Below, one piece after another: positions 1 to 12,546 of a stretch of 64,000 nt of DNA. A program made the translations under genes and the position numbers. The number at the start of each line of letters is the position of its first letter. Positions within the stretch are counted from its first letter, which is position 1. Source of the DNA: Strigamia acuminata. Taxonomy: Eukaryota. Under the pieces are notes generated by a model. That model was not told where the DNA came from and searched no databases. It saw only the letters and a list, made by a program, of their open reading frames with translations. The stretch spans positions 12,338,001-12,402,000 of the forward strand of contig OX442314.1 in assembly GCA_949358305.1 (NCBI GenBank). Direction: 5' to 3'.

Positions 1-3000
1 GATAAGCCAGGTGTGAATAATAACTATGAATAATCTCTTGATTACTGAAGATGATCGTTTAGTTTTGATGTATTGTTTATAGTTCAAAGTGTCTGGACTT
101 TAATGTCATGAAAACGTTGCCGCTCGATGCTGTGGAAAACAAAAATTCGTCAGCACCAACTGGAAAAGTTAACGCTTAAGTCGGAACGAAGCATTCATGT
201 ATTAAGTTGTCTGCTATACAAGTATTATCACCTGTTGATGTCAGGTGTTTAACCTAGTGGCAAAACATGAAATTACTCACAATTTTAATTGCCAGCCTAT
301 AGAGTAAGGGTCCAGTTTTTTTGAACATAACTGTACATGTGCGACGTCGCACATGTGCACATTGTAACTATTCATAGGCGCAACGGCGACTTTTATATGT
401 ATGCACATGCTTGACGTCGACCGACTCGGGCGATTGCAACGAGAGCGAGGACGAGATCGCCCACTCGCTCATCATGTCGGCCGAGTTTATGAACAATTAC
501 AACCGGAATGAAAATATTACGGTTAATGTAACGAATTTCATCCAGAGTTTCCTCGAAAGCAAACTGAGGGACAAGGAATGTTCGTTTTAACGATAAATTC
601 GTTATATCACGGTTTGTTACAACGAAGTTTGACTCTATAGCGTTAGCAATTGTAGTAAATTGATTTTAACTCATTATAAAATATTGATTTACGCAGTCTT
701 TTCATGCGTGTAAATCTACGTCTTTGTGCAGCACGTGGAAAGCACAAATGGATTCAAAATGGAACATAACAAGTTAATTTACATATTGCAAATTAAGAAG
801 TTTCAGATCCAAACATCCAAATTCAACAATTTCCACAATTTTCTCCCAATTGGGTTGTCAAACCCTGCTGCACTATCCTACAACACATAATTGGACTAGG
901 TACCAGTTTTGGCTTGTGGTGAGTCCCAGACTTGACCACACGCACTACTACTCCATACCCAGTGAAATTGAGTGTGCCGACCTTCTCGCCATAGTTACTG
1001 ACCACTGCGCTGGCAACTAGCCACTGTCCACAAGATATAGTGCATCTGATGCTTTATTAAGACCCTGGCGCTCCAGTTAACGAGCTGCTCAAGACAAGTT
1101 AATTTATAGACATTCTTGACACGGGTCCCTCAACCCTGCTCGATAACACTTGGTGCTCATTGACCCAGTAAACCTGATTGGTTCTGTAAAGTGATTGGGG
1201 ACTTGCGAGAAAATCATCCCAAATCCTCATTGGTCAGACTGAGATACGAAAGAAAAAACGGATGGGAGAAAGGTGGAAAATGACCGCAATTGCACACAAT
1301 ACGATAGGAGAAATTATTACTTCTAGTTATTCTATGGCCGAGTCAAGAATACAAATGCTCATAAATTTGCAACGCTCAAGAGGGCACACGGAAATGTGCC
1401 TTCATCCTTTGTGCCAGTTCCGTCATAATTTTCCTGCAAGCACAAAGGCGATTGTGCAAAGGGTAAATTTGTCTTTCGGAACAGAGTCCGATGGACGGAA
1501 GTGGTTCGCTGATGTCTGTGTCGGTTTGGATTGATTTATGTGAAGTTAAATGGGGCTCAAACTGAGCTGATGAAAGTGTTGTCATCAACATATGTTAAAT
1601 TTAATGTTAAATTTTAATTGGCGGTAGGCCATTTTTCAAAAATAAAATAAAATATTGTGATTTAATTAAGCAATAGGTGCTTTCAAAATGTCTGTTTCAG
1701 CTGTTTTTACGTGTTAAATTTTACATTTAGTTTATACCGTATTGCCCCGCTTATTGCCACATGTCGGTATAGTGCGAGTATTACCGGCAAGCCGATAAAC
1801 CTCGTTTTAACGGCATGCCGGTGTAAGTGCTCCATTTTGGTAAGACCAAGACCCTTATTACTATGTAAGTCTCCTAGCGGGCAATCTTTAAAATAAACAT
1901 CCATGCTGTTACCTGCTACCACCATTGTATCGCACATTATTTCACGCCACAAATATTTGCGACAGCAGCAGATTTTTAAATGTTCCGACTGATTTTGTTT
2001 CCTTTTCTTTTGTGAAATTGACGTGTGTCATAGATGTTTGGGTTGGAACGGGTGTGCCATGTAATTTCTCTCCGCCCACGTTGTTGAGTGAGTGATTGAA
2101 ATGCCTCTGTATGGCGTCCACTTTGATGGTTATTTGCCAACTCGTTCATGTTATGTTTGATAACAAAGAATTTAAGGGCGAGATGGATCTTTGAATTTAG
2201 GGAACATTAGTGTGATGAAGTGTTACACAATTTTTTTCTTGTTTGCAATGATTGATGAGAGGAGATGAAAATATAAATAGAAAACTGCATTGACGTTTTA
2301 AAAATGGGATCGTGGAAGGCAAAGGCTAAAACAACATCAGTAACTACAACAACAACAACAGTATTTCTAAATTTTAAATGTGTTAAAAATATGAATTTAC
2401 GGCACAAATGGCGGCAAATTCAAATCTTGCGTTAATTTTGGGACACCCTATATATGGAGTACTGTATATAATTATAACTTGACTTTTTATACTGCACAAG
2501 TACTCTTTTGCAAACTCCCAGATGTCCGGTAAAATATACAGAAAAGTGCCTGTCACAGATGATGAGTTTTTAAAATTCTTTCACGAAACCAGCCACTTTT
2601 TTCACGTCGACATGCAAAAACGTATTCATAGTGCACTGTTTGGACAAAATTTTGCTTTGCCTACAGTTTTTCTCTCGTGCAGAGACGATCCACCTCGCTC
2701 AGAAGTGCAGACTAATGCTTAATTTACACGGAATCTTTCATCAAAGCGTGAATTATGCATTCAAACTGTATATTATAATAGCGTGAAGAATGAATTATTA
2801 CCACGCGCAGTGTGTGCACTCTAAAAATTAAAAATAGAAATTTAAAAAAAAAAAATTTAATCACGTAAATGCATTCTTAACAGTGTCTTGGACATTTAAG
2901 TGCATCGTGACATAAACTGATGTATTTTTGCTGTTTATTTTAGACCAGATGTAATTTTCTTTTTGTTCTCATGACCTTTAGGAGTTTGATGGTAAAGGGT

Positions 3001-3844
3001 TGAGTTTATTTGGCAGTGAACTTAAAGGAAAGTGGGGAATTTTGGCACGAGTTTTACTTCGACAACAGTTGCAGTCAAAGATTTTGTGATACTGTGTTTC
3101 TACCATTTGGAGAATTGTCAAAGGAGTGTGTAACGACATGAAAGGATGCACATGCATGTCGATGACTTTCTCTCTCGCGTCACGTGAATTGACAGTCGTC
3201 ACTACTGTTCAGTGGCTCTTGAGTTTTATTCTAGTTTTTGAAACTATTGGAACATTTTCTAAGGAGGTTTCCTATCGTGACTCAATGTTTTCTTTACGCC
3301 TAGTTTTATTGGTTTTTTTTCCGTTGTTTTTTTTATTGGATCTTGGATGAATTGAAACTAAACAAAAAAAAATTGATGAAATAAATTGAAAGAACAATGG
3401 GAATTGAGATTTTAAAAAATAAAATAAAACGAAATGGGGGATGGTTTTATATATTTAATAAAGCAATGTTGTTGGTAACAAAGGTTTGCACTTATCTGGG
3501 TGGTGGAGAATGGGATGAAGCGGTTGAAGGAATTGGACAGTTTATCCACAAAATGATGATGCAGCGAAATCCATCAAGACCGGACATAAGCGGAAGTGGG
3601 AAGATGAAGGATTTCTTCCGGTCTGGAGTCTGGAGGAAGTGGTCATTAAATTAAGTACTCGGCAATGATTGAAAACACTTGTTTTGACATTTTATTCCAT
3701 TTCTATTGTTAAATTTCACACATAGTAATGAGATGTTTATGGATCAGGGCCAGATTTACGAAAAAGCTAAAGAAGGGTCTCGGGGAAAATAATAATAATA
3801 ATAATGATAATGATAATAATAATCTCTACAGTTTAAATTCGGTT

Positions 3845-4850
3845 TCTTGATGCTAAATTCGTACTGCACAGACGGTTTTATAATTCCAGTTGTTATTTAG
3901 CAGTATTAAGCCTACTATTAGAACTAATAATGCTAAACTAAAGTAAATAAACAACAATAGTTTAGTACTACGTTGTTAATTATGCTTTTGATGATGAGTT
4001 TATTGTTGTTTGTTTACTTTATTTTAGCATTATTAGGTCTAAAGGTTGGTTCACACTTGTGTTCACACTATGAAGTAACGCAACGCAATGTAGCTGCGCA
4101 TTGCATTGTTGGATTGCTTTTGCAGTAAAGTAAGAAAAAAGCTACTTCAAATTTGTTTTGAAGTAAGAAGTAACGCAATGCAGCAAGCTTACTTCCAGCC
4201 AATCAGGAACAATCTTAATCTCGCGAGAAGGTTAAACTAAACGAGACTGAACGAGACTAAATTTGCCGCCATTATTAGCAACGTTTTTATTCGTTATTCG
4301 CGACAATTTCGCAATGTTTTCGCGAAATATTTGCGATGTATCATTATTCGTTATTCACGACGTGTTCGGAACGTTTTCGCGAGGTATTTTTATTCATTAT
4401 TCGCGACGTTTTCGCGACGTTTTCGCTCAAATGCGGCCGAACATCGGCCGCATTCGATCGCGGAAATGTGGCGGAACATCGGCCGCATTTGTGCAATTGA
4501 ATGCGGCCAAACATCGCTTTGACGAGGCGCGCAGGGAGGTAGAAAAAAAACACAAACACCCACACAAGAAATAAAAATTTAGAAACACTTTTAGTTTTTA
4601 TATGTAACAGTTTTACAAAAAAGTGCAATCGCAAAATTGGATAATCCTTATTTTAACTTCAAACAAGTGTGAACACACTTGCGTTACCTTACTTCTACTT
4701 TATCTGGGCTTACTTTACTTTACCTTACTTTACTTCCAAGTGTGAACCCACCTTTATAGGTCTAATATTAGGGTTAATACTGCTAAATAACAAAATTAGA
4801 AAATCGTCTGCGCAGAATGGGATGTGCAGTATGAATTTAGCATCAAGATA
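3845..4850. repeat. Foldback (long inverted-repeat) element interrupted by a MITE
   Basis: The left arm CTTGATGCTAAATTCGTACTGCACA...GTTATTTAGCAGTATTAA...AATAAACAACAATA is matched in reverse complement by TATTGTTGTTTGTTT...(insertion)...TTAATACTGCTAAATAAC...TGTGCAGTATGAATTTAGCATCAAG. Confidence 0.65.
4043..4753. mobile_element. MITE, PIF/Harbinger-like termini
   Basis: TIRs AGGTTGGTTCACACTTG / CAAGTGTGAACCCACCT; flanks TAA / TTA; subterminal AAGTAA / TTACTT repeats and a CpG-rich repetitive core. Confidence 0.65.
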
Positions 4851-7057
4851 CTGGTCTCGAACTATAGACACATGTTATCAAAAGAAAAAATATTTGAATT
4901 TTGCTTGATTTATTCAGAATGTAGCAAGTAAATAACAGTAGTTTGCGTGCAGAATGGGATGCACAGTATGAGTATAGCGGATGCGAACTTGTTTTTGCCC
5001 TGTCTTCAGGGAAATTCCTCTATACCGGGCGTACATTATCTACAATATAGTATGGCCTTTTCATCTAGCAAAGTAAAGACCTCATATTTGTTTTAGCTCA
5101 GGGCCCCGTGATACCGTAATCCACTCGGTCCTGCAATGGATATTCTCAGAAGCTACTATCAAACAGTCTTATTATGTTGAAAGGTTCAATTTAGGAGATT
5201 ATGCGGATATATTTTGGAAATAGCCTGTTGTGAAGTGCATTCCAAGCTTGATCCATTTTGGACATTCATACTCGTAAGTGCAAGAACATATCACATGTCA
5301 TGGATCATGCTGTTGAGTTGCAAGGGCATCTATTAATAATAATTGTTTTTCCCTTCATTGGATGACGAGTATATGCTCGTATATCATTTTGAACTTTAAG
5401 ATAATTTCTTCTTTTTGCGATTTGTAGGACGACTTTTTTTTTTATTAATTTCAAATATGAATCTTTTATGAATGTCTGAAATTGATCCAGACGATGGTGA
5501 TTAGACAATTAGGATCAATGTATGACATCCTGCGGGGAAGTATGTAAATTTATGGTCAGGAGTGAGTGGTTAATGTTGAAAAATAACAATTTTATATAGC
5601 TTTCTTAGATTTTTGGGCGTTTAATTATACTAAAGTGCACAGTAACTGCATTAGCATTAAGATGCGTTCAAGGAATTTGATTGTCATTACGTGCTCATGT
5701 GTCTTATGACTGTTTGGATTTATTTTATATGATCTCTCGGCGAAAGGAAATATTACCAATCTCTGAGAAATAAGAGGTAGATATTATTACTTCACGAAAC
5801 GTGACCATGTTCTATTGCGTTGAAATAAAGAACTGGAGATTTTTATTAATTTTATTAATTAATTTACTGTTTGCTTTCATTAGGTTGAGTGGAATTTTTT
5901 ATTGCAACTTTAATCACATGTTAATCGTTTTATAAGCCAATGAAATAGATCAGCAATAATGTTGCTTAAATCCTGGGTTCAATGGTTTCTTACCTTAGGT
6001 ACTAAATGTTGTTTTGTTTATTGATTAAGCCTGTCAGAATTAGTATTATTGGCTTTGCAACCTGGTCACCTTCCTAAATCAAGACATAAAAACACCGTAA
6101 CAAAGCGCTGACGCATGAGCTAGATTAAACTTGTAAAACATTTGGTTTGCGTTTTCGGTATTAATTAAGAACATTTGTGTTGTGTATTCTAACTCGCAGC
6201 TACCATTTTGTAAATCATAACAAACACGTGTAATAAACAACTTTAGGCAGAACTGTATTGCGGGTTGTTAGATGCACCTAGCAACCCTGCTCATCCTCAA
6301 CATAAATAAACAGTCCACACCCAAAATCACAACTGAGTGGACTTGCTTTCTTTTGTGGAGATCTAGGCCCAGCTCTGCTCCATTCTCATGAAGTTGGATT
6401 ACTATCCATACTTAATAGTGATACAGCGCAGTTTTCACAATTTGCTTTTCATTAACAGACGTTTTAATGAGTCAAAAAAATGCACTGCATCATAATGCAA
6501 CTTAAGGTTTTAAGTACCTCGTATGAATATTAAATTGTTGCTCGTAAAACTGAGTATTTTGAACGTATGGGGAATAGTTTTCAATCGGGCAGATCAAGAT
6601 AGGTTTGGTCGCAATGGTCGACCACAGTAAAAGTTATTTCTTGTACAATAATAACCACGAACCAATGTTAAAATTTGTTCGATCGACTGTCGGAAATGAA
6701 ATTGTAACTGAAAACCCTGAGTGTGTGTGTGTGACCTTCATTTTAGCCGGAAAGAAATGAAAAGAAAAGTAGGTTTCACTGTGCTGCGTTTGGCATCTAA
6801 GACGTCAACAGTGAGCACGTGATTCAGTGTTAAAGTGGAACAATCGACAGCGTCAAACCAAAACAGATGCTATCTTTTAATTAGGGTCCAAAACCTTCTA
6901 AGATATTAACTATTTGAACAATAATTGGATTTTTGAACAACAAACAAGAGCTGCATTCTACAGTCCTACAGTCAGTGCATGGAATCTTGAGTCAATATTA
7001 TTACAGCACACATGTTCAGGGTCGATGATTGGCACTGCTAGTAGTGATGGACATATA

Positions 7058-7236
7058 CAGTCGAGCCTCGTTGTAATGAAACGCAAGGGACTCTAGAAAT
7101 TGGTTTGTTATAACAAAAGTTTGTTATATCAAAATGTTTTGACATGGTGTTCTGTGGCCAAACAAGCCATTTTTAACTATTCGTTATAACAAGAAATTTG
7201 TTATAACGAATAGTTCGTTATAATGAGGTTCGACTT
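7058..7236. mobile_element. Tc1/mariner-pogo-type MITE (CAGTCGA family)
   Basis: TA|CAGTCGAGCCTCGTTGTAATGAA ... TTCGTTATAATGAGGTTCGACTT|TA; internal GTTATAAC repeats shared with the copies at 21632, 27477 and ~34480-34631. Confidence 0.7.
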
Positions 7237-10200
7237 TATACAAATAATGCAAACCTTTCAATATTACCACAAACAATTATTACATAAATATTCAATTTTA
7301 GTTGTGGTTTCAATTACCAAGTTTATGTGGTCGCAGTTTTGCAGAAAAGTTAAAATTCAAATTTTGCTTTCTTGGAAAATTGATCATGTCAATGTAAACA
7401 AACCATTTTTCTGCAAAAGACACGCTAATTTGGAAAATTAAATTCTATTTGTACGAGGTAGATGTTGGGTGTTTTGCGCATTGTGATAGATTTGCATCTT
7501 ATCATTTGTAATGTTTTATTTAATATTTGTTAGTCACAGTATCATAGTGTTAAGTTTGTTATCCGAACAGTGCTTATTTTTAGTTACAGTGTGTTATGTC
7601 ATGAGCGTCAATTTTATGTGTCATAGTATTGTTCTTTTGTTATATTAGTTTTCCTTGTAAATCAAAACATTAAGTTTGTATCAGTTGCTGTTTGCTTTCA
7701 AAGAGTAAAAACATCAAAACACTTTGTGCCCAAAAGAGAATACATTTATTTCTCCATTGGTTTTCACTAACCAACACGACCCACCGAGAGCAGTACCGGA
7801 TCATCACAATTGCCATTTGCAATGTAAACACCCAGTGAGTACTTATCTTGTTGTTTTGTGCCCTTATTAAAAATGGCATCAAGTAATGATGTTTAACTGG
7901 ATATTTTTTGTCTGCTTTGAGACTACATCCATTGCAATCCGAGTTATACAGTTGTGGACAAAAAAACTTTCTTTTTGTTTAGCTGTTTTAAGTTTATCTA
8001 TCATTATTGACAGTGAGTGATCAAGTGAAAGAATAAAGATTTGCATTGTAAAGTTATCTGTATTCACTTTTCAATTATTTGGAGTTTTATGAGAAACAAT
8101 TGGATGATGGTGTTACTCACCCATTGCCACACGGTCTTCTTTTACCTGTTTGCCATTAGCCCCATCTTATTAGTTGGGAGTCTTACCACTTTCTTTTCTT
8201 TACCAAGCAAGATTATTTTCCTTTGTGAGGAGATCCTGCTTGATTAGGAAAGCTGCTATGGGGATAATGTCGTTGTCTGATTGCATTGCTCTATGGTCTT
8301 GCCGTGCACTACCCTTAATGCGTGCGTCGTTGAAGGGCTACGTAATTAGTAAGGTGGAATCAAATCTACACTTGTGGCCTCTGATTTTTCACTCACATGA
8401 TTGGGGAAGTGTTAATCACTTGTCTCAAAAAAGTGACCATCAAATTAGTTCCTTTTTTATTTGTTTATTTAGTGGGCGTAGCATCTTTATAAAGTCACCG
8501 TTGTTGGCCTTTCTAAAAGGATAGAACGTGTGGAACTTGAATCACTGGCAGAACTTTAAATTTTTGTTTTCTCTACTATCTAATAAAAACTATTTTTATT
8601 GATTTTGGATCCCCAAAATAAAAATATCGTATTTTTCCGAATTAAAGTCGTCCTCGATTGCAAGTCAGTCTGTATTTGTCCTTTAAGTTTACTCTAATGT
8701 AATATAAGTAAAGAACTTTATTGAATCTTGTTAGTCTGCTCGTCTGTTGAGTTTGCTTGTCTGTTAGAGTTTGTTTCTCTACATTTGCAAATGTATTTCT
8801 TGTAGATGCACTTACGCACATCTGAAGCTTTTTAGTTGGATAAATATTTTAAAATCTCTTTATGGATTTGTCCAAATAATTTGATTTTATGAGGGAGGAA
8901 AATAAAAATTTTAAAAATAGAGAACAGTTAGTGTGATCAACTGCCAGATATTGTACTGTCACGTCATTAATTTCAACTGGAAACATTGGTTTAGAAAAGC
9001 TAGGTTTTCAGGGGTCTGTATTAACCAAAAGATTAAAGGTCCACAGGCGCCGCAACTCTCAATACAGAGTATTTAACCATGGTGGTAGCTCAGTAAAAAA
9101 AGCTTTTGTTTGTGATATCTCATATTTGTTGGGTTTTTTGTTAGGCTTTTTCTTCATGACAGTGAACGCAAAATAGGGTGATATGAATTAGGTGCTGGTC
9201 ATGTAGACAACCATGAGAATTCTGGTTAGAAATGTCCCCTGTGCGTTGCAACGCATCATGTAAACGCGCTCTGAAACTCTCAATTACAACGAGAGCTGTA
9301 ACTAAGTCGCAGGCGACGGTAATTCTGTCTAAAATTAGGAATTTAGAAAACGAGGAAACCTTTGATCACGTTCTGGGCCAATCCTAAATACCCCAAAACA
9401 GGTGGTCAAAGTCAAATATTTAAATGAGAAGGGTGTGCCTAAATTATAAATATAGCCAATTTCTCATGATTACTTCCAGGAAATACTCCAAACCAGACAA
9501 AAATACAAATAAAATGAAAAGAAAAAATAGGGGCAAAATAATTGACATTAAGGCACAAAAATTCAAGAAAAAATAAAGTTAATTAAAAGGACAGAATTAT
9601 TTCCAACAAAAATGAGGAAAATAAAGAAATGGCTGAAAAATATGTGCAAAATTTTGAATTTTAAAACTGTAGCAAGCCAGGACCGTGACATATACTTTAC
9701 TGAGTTTGCTAGGAACTGCGGTGAAACCTGTCTGAAGCGAGTACCCATGGTGACAGAAGAAGTGGTCATTTGAAAGGATTTTAATTTTAGAAAGATATTG
9801 AAGAAAAAAACAATTCACATGTTTTTTTTAAATGTCTTTTAGACTAAAGGAAAGCAAATATATATTTCAAATAAGTTAAAAAATGGAATTAAATTAAGAC
9901 GGAAGGAATTAAAATTGACCTGAATGTATTGTTTTGGTAGTTTGAAATAGAATGCGTTGTGACCATTGAAAAAAAAAAGTTTTTGAAATAATGTTTTTGA
10001 ATTTAATTTTGGGATTTTAAGTTAAGATAAAAATAGAAGGTTAAATAGGATTGTATTCAATTTGTACACCTTCAATTTATTAAAAAAAAAGTGCATAAAA
10101 ATGGCCTGTTCAGGCAGGCAATTTTCTTGCACTGGTCCTTTTCGATGGTTTTAGCTCGAGTGTATTGCCGTGAAGCATATTGTATTTTCCCTAGAACTTT

Positions 10201-10362
10201 GGGAACAGCATGCTTTAATGAAAACAGATAAGGTTAGGTTTGCAGAAGTCTAGAAAAAAAACGTAGTATACCATATATCTTTTCATAGTGCACGGGTCTC
10301 CATTAAACTACGGGTCTCTAATAATGTGCATAGGAAATCCGCATTTTGTTATAGTGTGCGGG

Positions 10363-11418
10363 TGTGAGCGATAGCTTTCCCTGGGGGTCTGTCTTAGCAT
10401 TCAGGAATCTGTTCTGTAGGTAAACGTTCTTTTTGACGAATAAAGGAGTTTAGTTGCAACAACCAAACCTAATGGTTGTCTAATCATTCTCACATGGTGC
10501 AGTCGACAAAAAGGACTTAAGGGAACGTAGACACAGAAGAAATTAAAATTAATTTCGCTGGAGACAATTGGAGACGAAGGAAACAAGAAGTTTTGGAGAT
10601 GGAGACGAAGGAAACAAAAAGTTTCGGAAAATTGAGAATTGAAGACGGAGACGAAGGAGAAATTAAAAATTGGAGACGGAGACGAAGGACAAATTGAAAA
10701 TTGAAGTCAGAAGACGAATTAGAAACGAATAGAAAAGTTGAATTTGCTAGTTGGAAAACAGGTGAAAAGTTGTGAAGAAAGTTGGAGACGATTTAGTGAC
10801 GGAAAAAACGTTGTTGGACGAAATTCACGTGGAAGCGACGCATATGGTTCTGGTCAAGGACGAAGAAGTAGACAAAGTTGCAAAGTGGAAAACAATTGAA
10901 AAAATGGACGAGGAAGTTGCGGAGAAATTGGAGACACGTTTGTGACTAAATTTTCGCCAAATAGGACAACGCGCGGTTCCGAAAAGAACGAAGTAAATCG
11001 AGATGCGGATGAAGAAAATCGAGATGCGACTGAGATGAATCGAGATGCGATTCAAACGAATCAAGACAGAATTAAGACGAATCGAGACGCGATTGGAGCA
11101 AATAAAGATGCGAATGAGGCGAAATTAGAAGTCGAAAATAGATGAAACCAAGATGAAACTAGAATTGGAAAACAAATCGAGCCATTAGGGGAAAAACGCA
11201 CGATGGGGAGCAAACAAAGTTTGGCACACGAAAGGCAAACCAACAAGACGAAAACATGGGACCAGCGAGCTACGAAATTAATCAAATTAAAGTGTCGTAG
11301 GAATAATTGTCGAGGACGACAATATTTTTGGAGAGGTCGTGTGAGCGATAGCTTCCCCTGGGGGTAAGTTTTAGCATTCAGGGATCTGTTCTATGTATAA
11401 ATGTTCCTTTTGATGATA
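10363..11418 (+). mobile_element. Small degenerate non-autonomous LTR element (TRIM-like)
   Basis: 5' LTR 10363-10494 (TGTGAG...CTCACA, contains AATAAA) followed by PBS-like TGGTGCAGTCG. Purine tract GGAGAGG precedes a diverged, truncated second LTR starting TGTGAGCGATAGC at 11340. Internal GGAGACGAAGGA repeats and 21-bp repeats; no pol motifs seen. Confidence 0.7.
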
Positions 11419-11991
11419 TGATATTACTTGTGATAATATCCCTAATCGATTCCAGGCCAAGAAAAATTATTAGGATAATTTTTTTCTCAAGGTGGCCGTT
11501 TGGCTGTTCTGAGGTCTTCCCTTTCTGCTTCGTTTATGAAGGTCGGGAGGCGATAGCGCCAAATGGAGCGAGTTTTTCGTAGATTGAACGCAAAATTAAG
11601 CATAAGATTACAATGAATTTGGGTAATGACTTTGGGTTGTGAAATAGTATTCCAAGAGAGGCACGTCATCTGAAATTATAGAAAAGCCGAGCTGTTATAT
11701 TTTTTTGATTTTCGCTTTCCATGCTGCTGCTGAGTGAGAAATAGAATCATTTTAAAGCCAAAAATGTAGATGAAATTAAAAATGTAGTCATGTAAGCAAC
11801 AGATGCTTGCACGTCTAGACATTTGCGCATGAAAGTGTCTGTAACCTGCAATAGAAAAATTTGTTTAAAAATATTAGAAAGGGAACGTTAATTGGATCTC
11901 GACTCATTTACGTAATTGCAAACATTTTAAAAGTGTCAACCATGCCGTGTTTTCCACCAATTAATTGCCGTTTCAATTGTGTTTGTCACAG

Positions 11992-12055
11992 GTGTGTTTG
12001 AGAAGGTTCACTTGTCGCACCTTTCCTCGTCGGCGGTTCAAACATAGGGAGTCAG
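11992..12055 (+). CDS. Candidate alternative 5' exon (VCLRRFTCRTFPRRRFKHRES), possibly of KChIP
   Basis: Good acceptor TTTGTCACAG| and consensus donor CAG|GTGAGT. Open frame ends in phase 1, matching the acceptors at 22883 and 56821. Could instead be UTR. Confidence 0.35.
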
Positions 12056-12308
12056 GTGAGTCCCACTCATTACTTCCCCTAGTCAACAATTTTGTATTTG
12101 TTTCTGACAGATTTCGCTCGGTTTCTGTCGCGTTAAGGTTATTAAATTAAATTAAGCATTAATTTATGAGCGGTGTTGTTAAAGCGATTTTTTTTAAACA
12201 ACTCGTTCGTTGTAATATGGAAGGTGGCGCGGTAGAGGGCGCTGTTTGTCTCCTTGCCAACTGGCTTTTCAACACAAAAGAATTGGCTTTATGGAAAAGA
12301 ATGTTAAC

Positions 12309-12437
12309 TGTAATGTTGTTGTGTAATAATGAGCAAAGTGACCACGAGAGGGCGCTGGGCGCTGGTCACGGGACAAAGAATAATAAAGAGACAGTTGTGT
12401 TTTAACCACCAAACTGGGCGGACGTCGGTACTTTACA
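12309..12437 (+). repeat. 5' LTR (129 bp)
   Basis: TGTAATG...TTTACA, contains AATAAA, identical to 16914-17042. Confidence 0.96.
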
Positions 12438-12438
12438 T

Positions 12439-12450
12439 TGGCGACGAGGA
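12439..12450 (+). promoter_or_regulatory. Primer binding site, probably tRNA-Ser(GCU)
   Basis: TGGCGACGAGGA one base after the LTR; complementary to the tRNA-Ser(GCU) 3' end (...UCCUCGUCGCCA) as I recall it. Confidence 0.8.
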
Positions 12451-12546
12451 AAACTAGACTGATTTTTTGTATGTAAGAGGACTGCTTGTGTGTGTTTGGT
12501 ATGAGTCGTGATGGATTGCGTGGGATTTCGTGAAATGTGAGTGAAA

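Larger units (their letters stand above)
3745..5133. mobile_element. Old hAT-like non-autonomous element hosting two nested insertions
   Basis: Begins CAGGGCCAGATTTA and ends TAATCCACTCGGTCCTG (imperfect TIR). Flanks TTATGGAT / CAATGGAT match at 6/8, consistent with a decayed 8-bp TSD. Confidence 0.5.

Noticed and set aside
3397..3654. MG-starting ORF as a myristoylated KChIP first exon
   Set aside because: Only weak donors, AT-rich composition and no recognisable similarity.
7670..8524. Coding-like minus-strand stretches
   Set aside because: Frames are short and broken and I could not recognise any domain.
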